DNA of 64,000 nt from positions 1,798,001-1,862,000 of the forward strand of contig CATNEN010000005.1 of assembly GCA_950097015.1 (NCBI GenBank), in the 5' to 3' direction. This document shows positions 60,692 through 64,000 of this stretch, piece by piece. The notes under the pieces are model-generated. The model was not told the DNA's origin and did no database searches. It saw only the letters and a list, made by a program, of their open reading frames with translations. Each line of letters starts with the position of its first letter. Within the stretch, counting starts at the first letter, position 1. The stretch is from Macrostomum hystrix (Eukaryota; Animalia; Platyhelminthes). The translations under genes and the position numbers were made by a program.

Positions 60692-61949
60692 TTTGATGCA
60701 TGCAATACTTAGCATAGTTCTAATGACTTAGGCTACTAATAGACTAATGCTAGAAAAGTCACGCTAAATTATTTGCTTTTAGTAGGCCTATGATTACGAT
60801 TTCTCTACAACCTAAATATCTTGAAATCTTAATGAAAGGGCAAGGGAGCCACAAATAGCCTTTTGTGTTGATGTCACCTAGTGATTTCATGAGCGATTGT
60901 TTATACTCTAATGTGTTTTATTTATTACATGCTTAACATTTTATGTCTGCCTTTAAAGACGACTTAATTTGATGCCATGTATTTTTGTATTCGTTTTTTA
61001 TAATGTAACTATTCGTAGAAACGTTCACTGAATTTAAATAATCGATTTAAACTTTAGCTCAGTCCACTACTGAGTCCGGAGCTCGTGCTCAGTGGCGCAA
61101 CCAGGGAGTGGGCGGAGAACCAAAACGACAGTAAGGGGACACAAAGCGATTTTTGACCAAAATAGCCGTTGAACCACATCCGCCACTCGTCCAGTATGCT
61201 GATCACCTTTTTGGACAGTCCTTCTCCAACCCCTTCGGAAAATCCTGCGTCACTGCTCGCGCTACAACCGTTCCCATTTTCATTTCATTTAATGTTACTC
61301 GGCCTCCCTACATACGTGTTTCCCAAAATGATACTGCTAAAATAAACAATAAACATAAGCATAATAAACAGAAACATAAGCTAAAAACGATAAAACGATA
61401 TGATAAAAAAGGAAAAGAAAAACAAATGAGAAGACACACGAGAACAAATTGGAGAACGACAAGAAAATAAAACGAGGAGGAAGCACTTGAGAACAGAAAA
61501 GCGAAGGAAAGAAAAAGAGGGAGAGACAAATACGAAAGGAGGAGAAAAGGGACACCAGAAGGTAGGGAGCAAGGAGGACAGTTTGTTAAGGCTAACTTAA
61601 TTTTTTAATTTATGACAGTGGCTACTTATTAAAGTAGTCAAGATTTGTGTACAATAGTATGCAATTTTTCACCTAAAAAAGAAATGTGCGAAAGAAAATA
61701 CGTCGCATGCGTATTGATTTCGTGAAAATTGCTGTTGGGCAACCAAAATGACGATTTAGATATGCAAATTCGTGATAATATCGGACATTTGTGCTCAAAC
61801 GTCACCTAATATAGATATTGTTTCTTTATTCGAGATATTCGAGTCAAAGTCCACATTTTTCAAAATTTCTCACGCAGTTACAATGAGCCGCATGTTGTTA
61901 TATATGTAGTATTTTATCTCATCACGTTGACTCCAAGCATCGTGGCCTG

Positions 61950-63011
61950 TCACTTCAACCATCGATGGGTATCAGTCGAATGCACCGAGGCACGTACGCC
62001 AAGCAATGATTGTACCAGGCCTGGCAGTTGGCAGGAGTAACAACACCAACCGTATTGTTTGCAAATCTTTTCGAGCATGTCTCGTCGGTACGCTGCCTTT
62101 GTTCGTCCTGCTAGTTCAAGCTGGCCAAGATTCAGGAATGCATTCATGTTGGTGGCTAGCTCCGCCTTGATGGCGGCCTAGCGCTTCCATGCAGAAATTG
62201 CGTTCTCAACAGGCGTGAGAAACGCTAATTCTTCTCGACGACGCCAGGCAGTTCTTGGTCTTCACCACCGTTGTGGCTGCTCACATTGTCAAAAACTATA
62301 TAGGTCGGCTCGTTGAAAGCTTGCTGCATGTTGCCCACCAAGATGTTCAGAAATTCGGCTAACAGCTCCCTCGTCATGCCGGTCGGGTAACTTTGGAAGT
62401 GAATGACTCCGACGGTTCGAGAAATTGCACAACAAATAGTCAGCCGTGGTCCCTTCGATCCAGCGACACGTCGATTAGGCTCTCCGACCTTGCTGCGCTC
62501 TGCCAAATGATCTTCTCGTCCAGCAATCAAATCCGAACTCATCAACATAGACCTTTGGGCGGTTCACGACCTCGGCAGAACACCACCACTCGCAGTAGGC
62601 TCGACGCTGTTGGAGATTCTCTGGTGAGTTCTGCTCCACGGACAGGTTCCTCACCAGCCTTGTCGTGTAGAGAAGCCCATCGAGATGACGACTAATGGTT
62701 GTAAGCGACACTTCAGGCTTCGCCGGAAATCGAGCGTGCAGTCCAGCTTTGATCTCAGCCAGAGTAACACTGGGATTTGTCTCGATTGTATTCTCCATGA
62801 ACTCCAGCATGTCCTGATCCACTCGTGCGAATGTACGGCCACCTTTTGGTAACTTTTCTACTCGTCCACTGCTAACAATAGCATACGTAGTGGTTCTCTT
62901 GGTACCTAAAGCATGAGCAAGGTGAACGAAGTCGTCACCATTTTCATGGGCAATAATTAAGCGCCTCCTGTCGTTGTCGCTGACTTTGACGTTGACACGC
63001 GCCACGGCCAT
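61950..63011 (-). pseudogene. Decayed IS630/Tc1-mariner superfamily DDE transposase
   Basis: N-terminal HTH region (RRRLIIAH...TLAEIK...SLTTISRHL), first Asp in VYVDEFGF, a frameshift near 62475, second Asp in IVFDNVSSH, then FLTPVE (Glu) after an apparent deletion and an in-frame TAG. No TIRs identified. Confidence 0.8.
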
Positions 63012-63526
63012 ACAAAAGGCTAAACGGCAGGGCTAACCGAGAAAATGTTTAATAGGACAACAACTATGTATTCATCTGAAGCCTAAATCCATGTTACATG
63101 TAGGCCGCATAGCTCGTAAATGGTACACGTAGTCTATGGCAAAAAGGAATAGTTTGTGGAAAAGTTACGACTTGTGTTGTGTCAATAATGTTGTGATGGA
63201 GACGAAAGAGGGGAGGAAAACAAGAAGAATATATTATATTATATTAAATTGGAGTTTTGGAGTGGCGACAAACCCAGTTGAGATGTTTTGGGGCTAAAAA
63301 AGTATTTCAGCTCCGCTCCGCATCCTTGCAGCTGAAGAAAGCTGGTTGGCTGACGAATCGCCAGCTGTCGTGTCTTGCCTTAACATCTCCTTCTCCAACT
63401 CTTCCAAGCTTCTTCCGTCCGAGGTCCGAGGTGCGAGCCCCCACCAAAAGGGCCCGTTCCGGAATCCGAGAGGACGTCAGAGAAGACGCTTTCAGGGCGG
63501 TGCGCTCGCGATAAAAAGGCCGCGAG

Positions 63527-64000
63527 ATGCTGACAGACGCTGCCAAGCGACGCATCTCCTCCTACCTGGTGATGCTCGTGTTCTTTCTCTACAAGGCGTC
63601 CGAGAGCCTTCTGCAGCCGTCAGTCCGGATCTACATCTACCAGCAGGTGTGCCTTGGCGAAGGCATGCCTCTCGCAGTGTGCGAATATCAACAACCGGAC
63701 GATTGGCACTCGATCGGCTTGCGACGCATGACAGCCCAGGAAGAGAACGAGTTGCAGCGAAAGGCGTCCAACTACCTGCTGGCGTACCGGATTCTGCTGA
63801 ACCTGCCCGCCGTGCTCTTCTGCCTGTTCGCGGGCTCGTGGAGCGATCGCGTTGGCCGCAAGTACCCGATGATGCTGCCGCCACTGGGTGCGGTTCTCGC
63901 GGTCGGCTGCTTCGCGATCGGCAGCGCAGTCAGCGGCGCCGCCACCCTCGCCTGGGTGCTGGCGGGCGCCACCGTGTACGGATTCTTCGGCAAGTCCACC
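63527..64000 (+). CDS. Second SLC46-family transporter copy (partial, runs off the window), inverted paralogue of 24934..26499
   Basis: ATG 63527; by eye only three differences in 474 nt from copy 1 (one Ser to Tyr, two synonymous). Confidence 0.9.
   Translation, partial: MLTDAAKRRISSYLVMLVFFLYKASESLLQPSVRIYIYQQVCLGEGMPLAVCEYQQPDDWHSIGLRRMTAQEENELQRKASNYLLAYRILLNLPAVLFCLFAGSWSDRVGRKYPMMLPPLGAVLAVGCFAIGSAVSGAATLAWVLAGATVYGFFGKST

Noticed and set aside
61330-61580. Purine-rich stretch with small ORFs on both strands (similar one at 22440-22720)
   Set aside because: Low-complexity compositional bias explains the ORFs; no motifs or splice context support them.

Overview
This is eukaryotic (metazoan) genomic DNA with the standard code and GT-AG introns. 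The taxon cannot be read directly; the gene style, TTAGGG motif and minisatellite load resemble a free-living flatworm such as Macrostomum (inference only). Spliced models were built by hand with consistent exon phases. They are: an unknown minus-strand gene at the left edge, a short coiled-coil ORF, an SDR oxidoreductase, a 6-exon M17 leucine aminopeptidase (LAP3-like), an SLC46-family transporter, a KChIP-like calcium sensor, an SLC22-family transporter, a secreted fibrinogen-related protein, a GRXCR-like glutaredoxin-domain protein, a 7-exon TM7SF3 orthologue, a decayed IS630/Tc1-type transposase, and an inverted near-identical second SLC46 copy running off the right edge. About 24 kb (~37% by summed array lengths) is tandem repeat: 26 minisatellite arrays with 11-47 bp units plus one 108-bp triplication. 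The arrays fill most long introns and begin within about 65 nt of five stop codons. Two tRNA-derived SINE families are present, one with a MIR/CORE-like domain. The best-supported novelty is a nested element in LAP intron 3: a SINE with a 13-bp TSD contains a Charlie-type hAT MITE with 16-bp TIRs and an 8-bp TSD, which contains a 16-bp minisatellite. Empty-site SINE copies and a sister array occur elsewhere in the window. Most long ORFs in the supplied track are artefacts of repeat arrays. No CRISPR, rRNA or intact tRNA was seen.
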